Part shown: piece after piece, positions 1-8,569 of the stretch
Position numbering within the stretch: the stretch's first letter is position 1
How the letters are laid out: every line of letters begins with the position of its first letter
DNA from: Actinomycetota bacterium
GTDB taxonomy: Bacteria; Actinomycetota; Acidimicrobiia; Acidimicrobiales; Ilumatobacteraceae
Direction of reading: 5' to 3'
Assembly: GCA_005778215.1 (NCBI GenBank)
Contig: SXKB01000309.1
Location: 1-60,765 of the forward strand
DNA: 60,765 nt
Position numbers and translations under genes: made by a program
The notes under the pieces: generated by a model
The model's input: only the letters and a program-made list of their open reading frames with translations
Databases searched by the model: none
Told to the model about the DNA's origin: nothing

Positions 1-60
1 GCATGGCGCCGGCCATCATCATCGAGCGTCTCTGACCCTTCAGGTCCCGGTTCCTCGCAT

Positions 61-107
61 CGACGTCGCGGTCATTCCACCTTTTCGGTGGAGTGGCCGC
101 GACGTCG
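61..107. terminator. Long imperfect hairpin between convergent genes (candidate bidirectional terminator)
   Basis: The sequence is CGACGTCGCGG-TCATTCCACC-TTTTC-GGTGGAGTGG-CCGCGACGTCG. It has an 11-bp perfect outer stem, a ~9/10 inner stem and a 5-nt loop. It lies between a + strand ORF tail ending at 35 and the - strand gene ending at 133. There is no clear U-tract. Confidence 0.5.
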
Positions 108-132
108 GCGCGTGTGGCGACTGTTCGCGGGT

Positions 133-429
133 TCAGTTGGCCGCGCGGCGAAGTCGCTCGGCGAGGTGCACGGTCACCGAGTCACCCGGACGTTTGCCGA
201 TTGCCGACAGTAGGGCCGCGGTGACAGGGAGCCGGTGCGTGCCGTCGCCCTGCGCCATGAAGGAGCTGCGGAACGCCACGCCGTCGATCGTGCCGCGCAC
301 CTTGACCAGCCCGCGTGTGCCGAAGAACGCCGCACTCCACTCGGTGACCACGCACGTCCATGCGCCGGGTTGGTCGCCCCGGCTGAGCACGCCGACGAAA
401 GTGTGATCGAGCGACTCGGCGACGTCCAT
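133..429 (-). CDS. DUF1905 (YdeI-like) domain protein
   Basis: The tail of ORF 133..606 from internal ATG 429 reads [15 protein letters not shown]...[30 protein letters not shown]...GDSVTVHL, a typical DUF1905 pattern. The upstream part of the ORF is Arg/Gly-rich and overlaps the next gene. Confidence 0.75.
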   Translation of the reverse strand: MDVAESLDHTFVGVLSRGDQPGAWTCVVTEWSAAFFGTRGLVKVRGTIDGVAFRSSFMAQGDGTHRLPVTAALLSAIGKRPGDSVTVHLAERLRRAAN

Positions 430-434
430 CCCGA

Positions 435-836
435 CTACTCGCGGTCGAGCGACACGGCCATGCCGGGCAACGTCACCCACGGCTGGCGATCCTGGCACCA
501 CACCTCGACGTTCGGCAGCACATCCGACCGGTCGTCGAGCACACCGGCCTTCACTGCGATGACGCCGGGCGTCTTCGCCAGCTCCGACACGATGGGCGAG
601 CCGCACGACGGGCAGAACCGGCGGCGCACGTACACGTCGTCGCCGAGCTCCCCGCGCTCCTCGTAGGTCTTCAGCTCACCATGCAGCGTGAGCTGCGACT
701 CGTGCGCCACGAGGTTCACCGAGAACGCCCCACCGCTCTGTCGCTGACAATGGTCGCAGTGGCACACGGCCGTGGCGATCAGATCGCCCGACAGCTCGAA
801 GGTCACCGCACCACACAGACACCGTCCAGTTCTCAT
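435..836 (-). CDS. GFA family (glutathione-dependent formaldehyde-activating / CENP-V-like) zinc protein
   Basis: [15 protein letters not shown]...[16 protein letters not shown]...[11 protein letters not shown] shows the characteristic Cys clusters of the GFA fold. The start is taken at the ATG encoding MRTGRCLCG. Confidence 0.85.
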   Translation of the reverse strand: MRTGRCLCGAVTFELSGDLIATAVCHCDHCQRQSGGAFSVNLVAHESQLTLHGELKTYEERGELGDDVYVRRRFCPSCGSPIVSELAKTPGVIAVKAGVLDDRSDVLPNVEVWCQDRQPWVTLPGMAVSLDRE

Positions 837-991
837 CGACCCAACGTAACGGGCGCGCCCCACCCCGGGGTTCACCCAGCGACGTCACAAGGACTCCACC
901 TGAACGGTGGATGGGCGCGACTTCGACGACGTGGACGGGCTCGGTGGAGTACCGGGCCGGGGGTGTCCACGGGCATACTGTCGGGCGGTCA

Positions 992-1067
992 GCCCCTCTA
1001 GCTCAATGGTTAGAGCAGTGGACTTTTAATCCATTGGTTCAGGGTTCGAGTCCCTGGGGGGGCACCA
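992..1067 (+). tRNA. tRNA-Lys: tRNA-Lys (anticodon UUU), CCA encoded
   Basis: Hand-folded cloverleaf: acceptor GCCCCTC/GGGGGGC, D arm GCTC-AATGGTTA-GAGC, anticodon arm GTGGA-CTTTTAA-TCCAT, variable loop TGGTT, T arm CAGGG-TTCGAGT-CCCTG, discriminator A, then CCA. The body is 73 nt. Confidence 0.93.
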
Positions 1068-1084
1068 CGTCGGGCCGGGACGCG

Positions 1085-1118
1085 ACGATGCCGCCGACCA
1101 GGCGGCCGGCGGCATCGT
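1085..1118. terminator. GC-rich hairpin between tRNA-Lys and a convergent gene
   Basis: ACGATGCCGCC (1085-1095) pairs perfectly with GGCGGCATCGT (1108-1118), giving an 11-bp stem and a 12-nt loop. It sits 18 nt after the tRNA CCA and 12 nt after the stop of the - strand gene at 1130. No U-tract. Confidence 0.5.
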
Positions 1119-1129
1119 GCGAGTTCCGA

Positions 1130-1678
1130 TCAGGGCTTGGTGGCCTCGACACCGGCGTTGCCGGTGACGATGCCCGTGGCACCGATGACCATGCCGCCCT
1201 CGGCGGGCACGCCGGACGTCATCTGGTCGCGCATCGCGGCGCACTCCTCGGGCGTGCCCTCGCGGGCATCGTCCATCGACAGCACCTGCACGCCGTCCGG
1301 CACCGGGATGGCCTCCTCACTGCCGACGATCTGGCCACTGCCGGCGTCGACGGCCACCGACACCACACCCGACCCGATCACGACACCCTCGGGCGGATTG
1401 GCCGGGTCGATCTCGACGACACCCGACCCGCCGGCCACGGGTACCGGGATCGCATCGTTCGAGAGCGGCATGTCGGGGAACAGACCGTCGGCCACGGCAC
1501 CCGAGAACGTGCACTGCACGGCCTCGCCGTCGTCACCGACGTTGATCATCGTCACCTCGTTGGCGGGCGGGGTGCCGCCGTCGTCGGCCATGGCGCTCGA
1601 CGAGATCATCGCCCCTGCACCGATGACACCGCCCGCGAGCAGCAGGGCGACCCCTCCGAACAACGTGTTGCGTTGCAT
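1130..1678 (-). CDS. Secreted hypothetical protein (signal peptide, Gly/Val/Asp-rich)
   Basis: The N-terminus MQRNTLFGGVALLLAGGVIGAGAMISSSAMA looks like a signal peptide. Codon usage is coherent. I recognise no domain. Confidence 0.65.
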   Translation of the reverse strand: MQRNTLFGGVALLLAGGVIGAGAMISSSAMADDGGTPPANEVTMINVGDDGEAVQCTFSGAVADGLFPDMPLSNDAIPVPVAGGSGVVEIDPANPPEGVVIGSGVVSVAVDAGSGQIVGSEEAIPVPDGVQVLSMDDAREGTPEECAAMRDQMTSGVPAEGGMVIGATGIVTGNAGVEATKP

Positions 1679-1740
1679 GACGCTTCCTTTCGGTTCGCTC
1701 CGACGATCGGAGCTCCTGATCGCATGGTCCGCGTCGATGA

Positions 1741-1783
1741 CTGAATGGAATCACGGGTGAACCTGAACGGGAGCTGAATGCGG
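1741..1783 (+). promoter_or_regulatory. Three phased CTGAAYG(C)GG direct repeats upstream of the response-regulator gene
   Basis: CTGAATGG at 1741, CTGAACGG at 1763 and CTGAATGCGG at 1774. Start-to-start spacing is 22 and 11 bp. The last repeat ends 32 nt before the GTG start at 1815. Confidence 0.3.
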
Positions 1784-1814
1784 TCGATCCGCGCCGACCA
1801 CGCGCCTCGGTACC

Positions 1815-2483
1815 GTGCCGATCGTGCGGGTATTGGTGATCGAGGACGACGACGCGATCCGGAGCGTGGTGGAGCGCGGGCTGCGGGCCGAGGGGTTCGA
1901 GGTCGACACCTGTGCCGACGGCGGCGAGGGTCTGTGGAAGGCGCTCGACGGCGGGTACGCGGCCATCGTGCTCGACCTGTTGCTGCCCACGATGAACGGC
2001 TACGCGGTGTGCGAACGGTTGCGCAGCGAGGGCAACACCACACCCATCCTGGTGCTCACGGCGAAGTCCGGCGAGTACGACCAGATCGACCTGCTCGACT
2101 CGGGTGCCGACGACTTCCTCACCAAACCGGCCAGCATCGCGGTGATCGCGGCACGGCTGCGGGTGCTGGTGCGGCGCAACGCGGCGCTCGCCTCGAACGT
2201 GGTGCTGCGTGGCGACCTGCGCTACGACATGGGCACCCGGGAGTGCTGGGTGGAGGGCGAGCCACGCACGTTGACCAGCCGCGAGGACCAGGTGTTGCGT
2301 CGGTTGCTGCTGGCGAACGGTGCGTGCGTGACGCGGCAGGAGTTGATGGACGACGTGTGGGGGCCCGACGCCGGCATCGACGGCAGCAACCTCGACATCC
2401 ACGTGCGCCGCCTGCGCGACAAGCTCGCGCCGGTGGCGGTGGAGAACGTGCGCGGACTCGGCTACCGGATCGGTGTGCGATGA
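1815..2483 (+). CDS. OmpR/PhoB-family response regulator
   Basis: The receiver domain reads VLVIEDDDAIR...IVLDLLLP...LTAKS. The winged-helix output domain reads LTSREDQVLRRLL...LDIHVRRLRDKL...VRGLGYRI. Confidence 0.93.
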   Translation: MPIVRVLVIEDDDAIRSVVERGLRAEGFEVDTCADGGEGLWKALDGGYAAIVLDLLLPTMNGYAVCERLRSEGNTTPILVLTAKSGEYDQIDLLDSGADDFLTKPASIAVIAARLRVLVRRNAALASNVVLRGDLRYDMGTRECWVEGEPRTLTSREDQVLRRLLLANGACVTRQELMDDVWGPDAGIDGSNLDIHVRRLRDKLAPVAVENVRGLGYRIGVR

Positions 2484-3796
2484 CGAACCCGTTCCACGGC
2501 GTGCGCGGCCGGGTGACGTTCACCGTGCTGGTGGTGTCGGCCGCGCTGTACTCGCTGGTGGGCACCATCGGGTTCGTGCGCATCGCGTCGAGCGGGCGGG
2601 AGGCGATCGAGGAACGCATCGACGAGGTGCTCGACGAGTTCGAGTCGGCGGTGCGCCTCGGCACCGGCACGACGTCGTTGTCGACCGCCGACGGTGTGAC
2701 CGTGACCGCGGTCGTTTCCACCGGCACCCCGCCCCCGACACCGGCGGGCACGCTGCAGGTGGTGCGCGAGGTGGAGGTGGCGGGCACCGACCTGCTGCTC
2801 GTGGGTGTCAGCTCGCAGGCCCGTCTCACCGACAGCCTCCGCTCGTTGTACCGCGGCCTGTGGCTGGCCATCCCGCTCGCCTCCATCGTCACCGCGTTGA
2901 TGGCGGGGCTGGCCACCCGCCGCGCGCTGCGACCGGTGGGCGCCATCACCGACCTCGCCGCCACCATCGGGGGCGCGGGCACCGGCACCCGCGTGCCCGT
3001 GCCCGACACCGGCGACGAGATCGAACGCCTTGCCGTGACGGTGAACGAGATGCTCGACCGCATCGACGAGGGCCGAGCCGCGCAGCGCCAGTTCACCTCC
3101 GACGCCGCGCACGAACTGCGCACGCCGTTGATGGCACTGCAGGGCGAGCTGGAGCTGGTGCAGCACCACAGCGCGCCGGTCGACGACGAACTGCTGCAGC
3201 GACTGGTGGCCCTGAGCGGTCGGCTGGGTGCGCGCATCGACGACCTGGTGCTGCTGAGCACGCTCGACGAGGCGCGGCCGTTGGCGCTGGCGCCGGTGGA
3301 CCTGGCCGACATCGTGCGCGACGAGGCGAACGCGGTGGTGCCCCCCGCCACCGTGCACGCGCCGGCCGACGGCAGCGCGACGGCCGTGGTCGACGGGGTG
3401 CTGGTCGCCCGTGCGGTGCGCAACCTGTTGGCCAACGCCCGCCGGCACGCCACCACCGACGTGGCGGTGACGGTGGAGGTGGCGGGCGACCGGGTGTGGG
3501 TGCACGTCGACGACGACGGCCCGGGGGTCGACCCCGCCGTGCGCGACGAGATGTTCCGCCGCTTCGCCCGGCTCGACGAGGCGCGCAGCGTGGACCGTGG
3601 CGGTGCCGGGCTGGGCCTGGCCATCGTGGCGTCGGTGGCCGAGTCGCACGGGGGCGGTGCCGTCGCCGGCGACAGCCCGCTCGGCGGCGCCCGCCTCTCG
3701 CTGTGGCTCCCGCTCGGCGGCGGGCCTCGATACCGAGGCTTCCGTGCGCACCCGGGTGCGCACGATTGCCTCGTTATGGCTCAGTCGGTGGCGTAG
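2480..3796 (+). CDS. Sensor histidine kinase (HAMP + HisKA + HATPase_c)
   Basis: The ATG at 2480 overlaps the regulator's stop (ATGA). There is an N-terminal TM (FTVLVVSAALYSLVG), an H-box FTSDAAHELRTPL and an ATPase G-boxes region DDDGPGV...GGAGLGLAIV. Confidence 0.92.
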   Translation: MTNPFHGVRGRVTFTVLVVSAALYSLVGTIGFVRIASSGREAIEERIDEVLDEFESAVRLGTGTTSLSTADGVTVTAVVSTGTPPPTPAGTLQVVREVEVAGTDLLLVGVSSQARLTDSLRSLYRGLWLAIPLASIVTALMAGLATRRALRPVGAITDLAATIGGAGTGTRVPVPDTGDEIERLAVTVNEMLDRIDEGRAAQRQFTSDAAHELRTPLMALQGELELVQHHSAPVDDELLQRLVALSGRLGARIDDLVLLSTLDEARPLALAPVDLADIVRDEANAVVPPATVHAPADGSATAVVDGVLVARAVRNLLANARRHATTDVAVTVEVAGDRVWVHVDDDGPGVDPAVRDEMFRRFARLDEARSVDRGGAGLGLAIVASVAESHGGGAVAGDSPLGGARLSLWLPLGGGPRYRGFRAHPGAHDCLVMAQSVA

Positions 3797-4170
3797 AGCA
3801 CCATCGCCTGGCGGGTGTCGAGGTACTCCTCCAAGCGGGTGATGCGACCGTCCTCCACCCAGAACCGGATCATCGCCGGCATCTTCAGCGGGCCGCCCTT
3901 CGCGTCGCCGGTGAGCACGTGCTGCTGCACGAACCCGCCGGGCGCCGGGAAGCGGCGGATCTCGGTGTACTGCAGGTTGCTCGCGCGGCGGTGGAGGTCG
4001 ACCAGCGTGAGGAGGTTCTCGTCGACCGTCTGGTCGCGCTGGTCGAAGTTGTGCCAGATCTGCGCGTGCGGCGCGTAGATGCCGCGAACGGCCTCCGCGT
4101 CGCCGGCGGCGATGGCCGACACCAGTCGGTCGCCCAGTTCGTGCACCTCGGTCTCGGTCAGCTCGCTCAT
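3781..4170 (-). CDS. SnoaL-like / NTF2-fold protein
   Basis: MSELTETEVHELGDRLVSAIAAGDAEAVRGIYAPHAQIWHNF...RFWVEDGRITRLEEYLD is a typical SnoaL_2 pattern. The 3' end overlaps the kinase 3' end by 16 nt (convergent). Confidence 0.8.
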   Translation of the reverse strand: MSELTETEVHELGDRLVSAIAAGDAEAVRGIYAPHAQIWHNFDQRDQTVDENLLTLVDLHRRASNLQYTEIRRFPAPGGFVQQHVLTGDAKGGPLKMPAMIRFWVEDGRITRLEEYLDTRQAMVLYATD

Positions 4171-4202
4171 GCGCCGACAGTACCCGCATCGTCGGCCGGG
4201 CG

Positions 4203-5015
4203 GTGGCGGCATCGGGTGGTGAGCGCGAGACTCGCGCCGTGACGTACACGCATGTCCTGGTCGAGACCGATGGTCCCTTCACCACCATCACGCTGAACCG
4301 CCCCGAGAAGCGCAACGCGCTGGCGCTCGAGGTGATGGTCGAGCTCACCGAGGTGTTCCGCACCGTCGGTGCGAGCGACGCGACCGGTGTGATCCTCGCA
4401 GCGAACGGACCGGTGTTCAGCGCCGGCCACAACTTCGGCGACATGGCGGGCGCGAGCGTGGAGGAAGCGATCCACCTGTTCCAGGTGTGCACCGAGATGA
4501 TGGACACCGTGCAGTCGATCCCGCAGGTGGTGGTGGCACGGGTGCACGCGCTGGCCACAGCGGCCGGGTGCCAGTTGGTGGCCACGTGCGATCTGGCGGT
4601 GGCGGCGAAGTCGGCCGGGTTCGCCATTCCCGGCGGCAAGGGCGGGTTGTTCTGCCACACGCCGTTGGTGGCGGTGGCGCGCAACGTGGGTCGCAAGCGG
4701 GCGCTCGAGATGGCGCTCACCGGCGATGCGATCGACGCCGACACGGCGGTCGACTGGGGGCTGATCAACGCGGCCGTGCCCGACGAGGAACTGCACGCGG
4801 CCACGCAGGATCTGCTGGCACGCGCCACTCGGGGCAGCGTGGCCAGCAAGGCGCTGGGCAAGCGCGGGTTCTACGCGCAGGTGGGCATGGAGCAGTCGCA
4901 GGCGTACGAGTTCGCGGTGGCGATGATGGCGAACGCGGCGGTCACCCCCGACGCGCAGGAGGGCATCGCCGCGTTCCTCGAGAAGCGCAAGCCGTCGTTC
5001 ACGCAGCGACCCTGA
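4203..5015 (+). CDS. Enoyl-CoA hydratase/isomerase (crotonase) family protein
   Basis: ITLNRPEKRNAL...FSAGHNFGDM...VHALATAAGCQLVATCDLAVA...ALEMALTGD...EGIAAFLEKRKP. The start is uncertain; the GTG at 4239 (VTYTHVLV) is an alternative. Confidence 0.9.
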   Translation: MAASGGERETRAVTYTHVLVETDGPFTTITLNRPEKRNALALEVMVELTEVFRTVGASDATGVILAANGPVFSAGHNFGDMAGASVEEAIHLFQVCTEMMDTVQSIPQVVVARVHALATAAGCQLVATCDLAVAAKSAGFAIPGGKGGLFCHTPLVAVARNVGRKRALEMALTGDAIDADTAVDWGLINAAVPDEELHAATQDLLARATRGSVASKALGKRGFYAQVGMEQSQAYEFAVAMMANAAVTPDAQEGIAAFLEKRKPSFTQRP

Positions 5016-5034
5016 CCCGCGGGGGTTGTCACCT

Positions 5035-5051
5035 GTACCCCCGGGGGGTAT
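5035..5051 (+). promoter_or_regulatory. CsoR-type operator (GTACCCCCGGGGGGTAT palindrome)
   Basis: This G/C-tract inverted repeat, TACCCCC/GGGGGGTA, lies immediately at the csoR start. It resembles the TACCC..GGGGTA boxes described for CsoR regulons (recalled from the B. subtilis copZA and Streptomyces literature). Confidence 0.65.
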
Positions 5052-5349
5052 GGTGGTCGGCGTGGAACACACCCCCGGCTACCACGACCAGAAGCAGCAG
5101 CTCGTCGCCCGCCTGAAGCGCATCGAAGGACAGGTGCGCGGCCTGCAGCGGATGATCGACGAGGACACCTACTGCATCGACGTGCTCACCCAGGTGGCCG
5201 CGGTCACCAAGGGTCTGCAGGGCGTCGGGTTGCAGCTGCTCGACGAGCACCTGCAGCACTGCGTGGCGGGCGCCACCGGCGACCCGGCGCGTACCGAGGA
5301 ACTGGTCCACGAAGCCACCAAGGCAGTCGAACGACTGCTGCGAGCCTGA
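5050..5349 (+). CDS. csoR: CsoR-family copper-sensing transcriptional repressor
   Basis: QKQQLVARLKRIEGQVRGLQRMIDEDTYCIDVLTQVAAV...LDEHLQHC is the CsoR/RcnR fold with the Cys-His-Cys ligand pattern. The start is placed at ATG 5050, after the operator. ORF-track start 5026 is possible but would put the operator inside the gene. Confidence 0.9.
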   Translation: MVVGVEHTPGYHDQKQQLVARLKRIEGQVRGLQRMIDEDTYCIDVLTQVAAVTKGLQGVGLQLLDEHLQHCVAGATGDPARTEELVHEATKAVERLLRA

Positions 5350-5362
5350 ACAGGAGCGTCAC

Positions 5363-5572
5363 ATGAGCGACAGCACTCTCACCTTCACCGTCCCCGGCAT
5401 GACCTGCGGTCACTGCGAAGCCGCGGTGAAGGGCGAAGTCGGCAAGGTCACCGGTGTGGCCGGCGTCGACGTCGACCTCACCACCAAGCTGGTCACCGTC
5501 GCCGGAACCGACCTCGACGCCGAGGCCATCGTGGCCGCGATCGACGAGGCCGGCTTCGAGGTCGCGGGCTGA
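5363..5572 (+). CDS. copZ: Copper chaperone CopZ (heavy-metal-associated domain)
   Basis: It carries the GMTCGHCEAAV metal-binding motif, is 69 aa long, and has an AGGAG Shine-Dalgarno sequence about 8 nt upstream. Confidence 0.93.
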   Translation: MSDSTLTFTVPGMTCGHCEAAVKGEVGKVTGVAGVDVDLTTKLVTVAGTDLDAEAIVAAIDEAGFEVAG

Positions 5573-5573
5573 C

Positions 5574-6356
5574 ATGAGCGTGGGGGCCCGTCTGGGCGCG
5601 TTCCTGTTGGTGCTGCTCGGCACGTTCGGCACGGCGTACGCCGTGGGCGAGAAGCTGCCCGGGCACAGCCACGGTGGGCACACCCACGGGCCCGGCTCGG
5701 TGGTGCCGCCGGGCTTCGAGAGCAACGGCTACCGCCTCGTCACCGACTCGGTGCAGGGCGCCGATGGCGACCCGCGGCTGATCACGTTCCACCTCGAGAT
5801 GACCGACGGCATGCGCGTCACCGAGTTCGCCGAGAACCACGGTGCGCTGCTGCACACCATCGTCGTGCGTCCCGACCTGAGCGGGTTCCAGCACCTCCAC
5901 CCCGACGTGGCCGACGACGGTTCGTGGCAGGTGCCGCTCGACGAGCCCGGCCAGTGGCACATGGTGTTCGACCTGTTGCCCGCCGATTCGAGCAACTCGG
6001 TCGTGGTCAGCGCGAACAGCGACGACGAGGTGGCGGTGGAACCCGTGCCGTTGCCCGAGCCCGACGACGACGTCACGGTCGACGGCCTGCGCGTGGTGCG
6101 CAACGGGTTGGACTTCACCGTCACGAACGACGACGGCAGCCCGGCCGAACTCGAGTCCTATCTCGGCAACGCCGCCCACCTGGTGGCGCTGCGCCAGGGC
6201 GACCTGGCCTACGTGCACCTGCACGCCACCGACGACATGGCCGGCATGTTCATGTTCGGCTCGGCACTGCCCGAGGCCGGCACCTATCGACTCTTCCTCC
6301 AGTTCGGTCACGACGGCGACGTGGTGACCGTGCCCTTCACGGTGACCCAACCATGA
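5574..6356 (+). CDS. Membrane-anchored His-rich protein of unknown function embedded in the copper operon
   Basis: The start is 1 nt after the copZ stop, and the stop overlaps the copA start (ATGA). It has an N-terminal TM/signal (LGAFLLVLLGTFGTAYA), then HSHGGHTHG, and two repeated LHxxxx...HLH(P/A) segments. I recognise no family. Confidence 0.75.
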   Translation: MSVGARLGAFLLVLLGTFGTAYAVGEKLPGHSHGGHTHGPGSVVPPGFESNGYRLVTDSVQGADGDPRLITFHLEMTDGMRVTEFAENHGALLHTIVVRPDLSGFQHLHPDVADDGSWQVPLDEPGQWHMVFDLLPADSSNSVVVSANSDDEVAVEPVPLPEPDDDVTVDGLRVVRNGLDFTVTNDDGSPAELESYLGNAAHLVALRQGDLAYVHLHATDDMAGMFMFGSALPEAGTYRLFLQFGHDGDVVTVPFTVTQP

Positions 6357-8557
6357 GCACGCCCGTCATCCCCACTCCCCCCGGTCTCGATCAGCTCGAT
6401 CTCGAACTCACCGGCATGACCTGCGCGGCCTGCGCCAACCGCATCGAGAAGAAGCTCAACCGGCTCGACGGCGTGACCGCCACGGTGAACTACGCCACCG
6501 AGAAGGCGAACGTGCACTTCGACGCGGCCACGGTGAGCCCCGAGCAGTTGGTGGCCGCGGTGGAGAGCATCGGCTACGGCGCGGCGATCCCCTCCCCCGA
6601 ACCGAGCGACGAACCCGACGCTGCCGACGTGCGACTGGCCGATCTGCGCCGCCGCCTGGTGGTGGCAATGGCGCTCGGCATCCCGGTGCTGCTGCTGAGC
6701 ATGATCCCCGCGTTGCAGTTCCGCGGGTGGCAGTGGTTGTGCCTGGTGCTGTCGACGCCGGTGGCCGTGTGGTCGGCCGCGCCGTTCCATCGGGTTGCAT
6801 GGAAGAACGCGAAGCAGGCCGAGGCCAACATGGACACGCTCGTGTCGGTGGGCGTGATCGCCGCGTACGGCTGGAGCCTGTACGCGTTGCTGGCCACGCC
6901 GGCGGGCGAGCTGGGCATGGAGATGCCGATGTCGCTGGTGCCGGCTCGCGGCGACAGCCATCACCTCTACTTCGAGGTGGCCAGCACCACGGTGGCGCTC
7001 ATCCTGGCCGGCCGCTACTTCGAGGTGAAGGCGAAGCGCCGCGCGGGCGGTGCGCTGAAGGCGTTGCTGGCGCTGGGCGCCGACACGGCGAACGTGCTGC
7101 AGCCCGATGGCACCGAACGCACGGTGGCCGCGAGTTCATTGCGCGTCGGCGACCGCTTCGTGGTGCGGCCGGGCGAGCGCATCGCCACCGACGGCGAGGT
7201 GGAGGACGGCACGTCGGCGGTCGACATGAGTCTGGTCACCGGCGAGAGCGTGCCGGTCGACGTGGCACCGGGCAGCGCGGTCACGGGCGCCACCATCAAC
7301 ACCAACGGCCGACTCGTGGTGCGTGCCACCCGAGTGGGCAAGGACACCGCCCTCGCGCAGATGGCGCGACTGGTGGAGGCCGCGCAGAGCGGCAAGGCGC
7401 CGGTGCAACGATTGGCCGATCGCGTCGCCGGCGTGTTCGTGCCCATCGTCATCGTGCTCGCATTCGCGACGCTGGGTTTCTGGTTCGCCCGCACCAACAG
7501 CCTCACCGAGGCCATCGGCCCGGCAGTCGCAGTGCTCATCATCGCCTGCCCCTGCGCACTGGGGTTGGCCACGCCGACGGCACTGTTGGTCGGCACGGGT
7601 CGAGGGGCGCAACTGGGCATCCTCATCAAGGGTCCAGAGATCCTGGAGAGCACCCGCAAGGTCGACACGATCGTGCTCGACAAGACCGGCACGGTCACCA
7701 CGGGCACGATGAACGTGGTGGGCGTGCAGCCCGAGGGCGTCGACCGCGACGAGTTGCTGCGGTGGGCGGCGGCCGTGGAGCAGGGCAGCGAGCACCCGAT
7801 CGCGAAGGCGGTGGTGCGCGCTGCCGATGGCATCGACGTGCCCGCCGTGACCGAGTTCGCGGCGCTCACCGGCGTGGGCGCCACCGGCACGGTGGACGGC
7901 CATGCGGTGTGGGTGGGCCGGGCCAGTGACGAGCAGGCCGCAGCGCATCCCGGTCACACCGTCATCGCGGTGCGGGTCGACGACCGGCACGTCGGCACCA
8001 TCGCGGTGGCCGACACGGTGAAGCCCACCAGCGCGGCGGCCATCGAGCGGTTCCGCCGGTTGGGCCTGCGGCCCGTGCTGCTCACCGGCGACAACCAGGC
8101 GACGGCCACCGCAGTGGCGGCCGAGGTGGGCGTCGCGCCCGTCGACGTGATCGCCGGCGTGCTGCCCGACCAGAAGGTCGCCGAGGTTGTGCGCCTGCAG
8201 GGCGAGGGCCGAGTGGTGGCCATGGTGGGTGACGGCGTGAACGACGCCGCGGCGCTGGCACAGGCCGACCTGGGCATCGCCATGGGTTCGGGCACCGACG
8301 TGGCCATCGAGGCCAGCGACCTCACGTTGGTGCGCAGCGACCTCACCGCAGCGGCCGACGCCATCCAGCTCAGCCGCCGCACGCTCGGTGTCATCAAGGG
8401 CAACCTGTTCTGGGCGTTCGCCTACAACGTGGCGGCCATCCCGTTGGCGATGGCGTGGATGCTGTCGCCGGTGGTGGCCAGTGCGGCGATGGCGTTCAGC
8501 AGCGTGTTCGTGGTGAGCAACAGCCTGCGCCTGCGTCGCTTCCGGCCGGGGCACTGA
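6353..8557 (+). CDS. copA: Copper-translocating P1B-type ATPase
   Basis: N-terminal HMA motif GMTCAACANRIEKKL, TM CPC motif IIACPCALGLATP, phosphorylation site DKTGTVT, and hinge VAMVGDGVNDAAAL. Confidence 0.96.
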   Translation: MSTPVIPTPPGLDQLDLELTGMTCAACANRIEKKLNRLDGVTATVNYATEKANVHFDAATVSPEQLVAAVESIGYGAAIPSPEPSDEPDAADVRLADLRRRLVVAMALGIPVLLLSMIPALQFRGWQWLCLVLSTPVAVWSAAPFHRVAWKNAKQAEANMDTLVSVGVIAAYGWSLYALLATPAGELGMEMPMSLVPARGDSHHLYFEVASTTVALILAGRYFEVKAKRRAGGALKALLALGADTANVLQPDGTERTVAASSLRVGDRFVVRPGERIATDGEVEDGTSAVDMSLVTGESVPVDVAPGSAVTGATINTNGRLVVRATRVGKDTALAQMARLVEAAQSGKAPVQRLADRVAGVFVPIVIVLAFATLGFWFARTNSLTEAIGPAVAVLIIACPCALGLATPTALLVGTGRGAQLGILIKGPEILESTRKVDTIVLDKTGTVTTGTMNVVGVQPEGVDRDELLRWAAAVEQGSEHPIAKAVVRAADGIDVPAVTEFAALTGVGATGTVDGHAVWVGRASDEQAAAHPGHTVIAVRVDDRHVGTIAVADTVKPTSAAAIERFRRLGLRPVLLTGDNQATATAVAAEVGVAPVDVIAGVLPDQKVAEVVRLQGEGRVVAMVGDGVNDAAALAQADLGIAMGSGTDVAIEASDLTLVRSDLTAAADAIQLSRRTLGVIKGNLFWAFAYNVAAIPLAMAWMLSPVVASAAMAFSSVFVVSNSLRLRRFRPGH

Positions 8558-8569
8558 CCCGCCCGGCGG

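Noticed and set aside
1-35. The tail of a + strand ORF (…MAPAIIIERL-stop) entering from the left window edge.
   Set aside because: Only 11 codons are visible, so there is no way to identify it or even confirm that it is coding. It is mentioned only because the hairpin at 61-107 would fit as its terminator.
992-4200. tRNA-Lys as the attachment site of a genomic island.
   Set aside because: There is no integrase, no duplicated tRNA 3' end downstream and no compositional break that I can see. The neighbouring genes (a secreted protein and a two-component system) look ordinary.
2462-4861. Very long ORFs in the supplied track, for example 2462..4861(-) at 799 aa, 43431..47051(+) at 1206 aa, 50401..53196(+) at 931 aa, 9709..11421(-), 12554..14341(-), and the N-terminal two thirds of 8570..10612(-).
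   Set aside because: Their translations are Arg/Pro/Gly/Ala/His-rich with no recognisable motifs. They run antisense or out of frame to genes with unambiguous family signatures. This is the usual shadow-ORF artefact of stop-poor GC-rich DNA.
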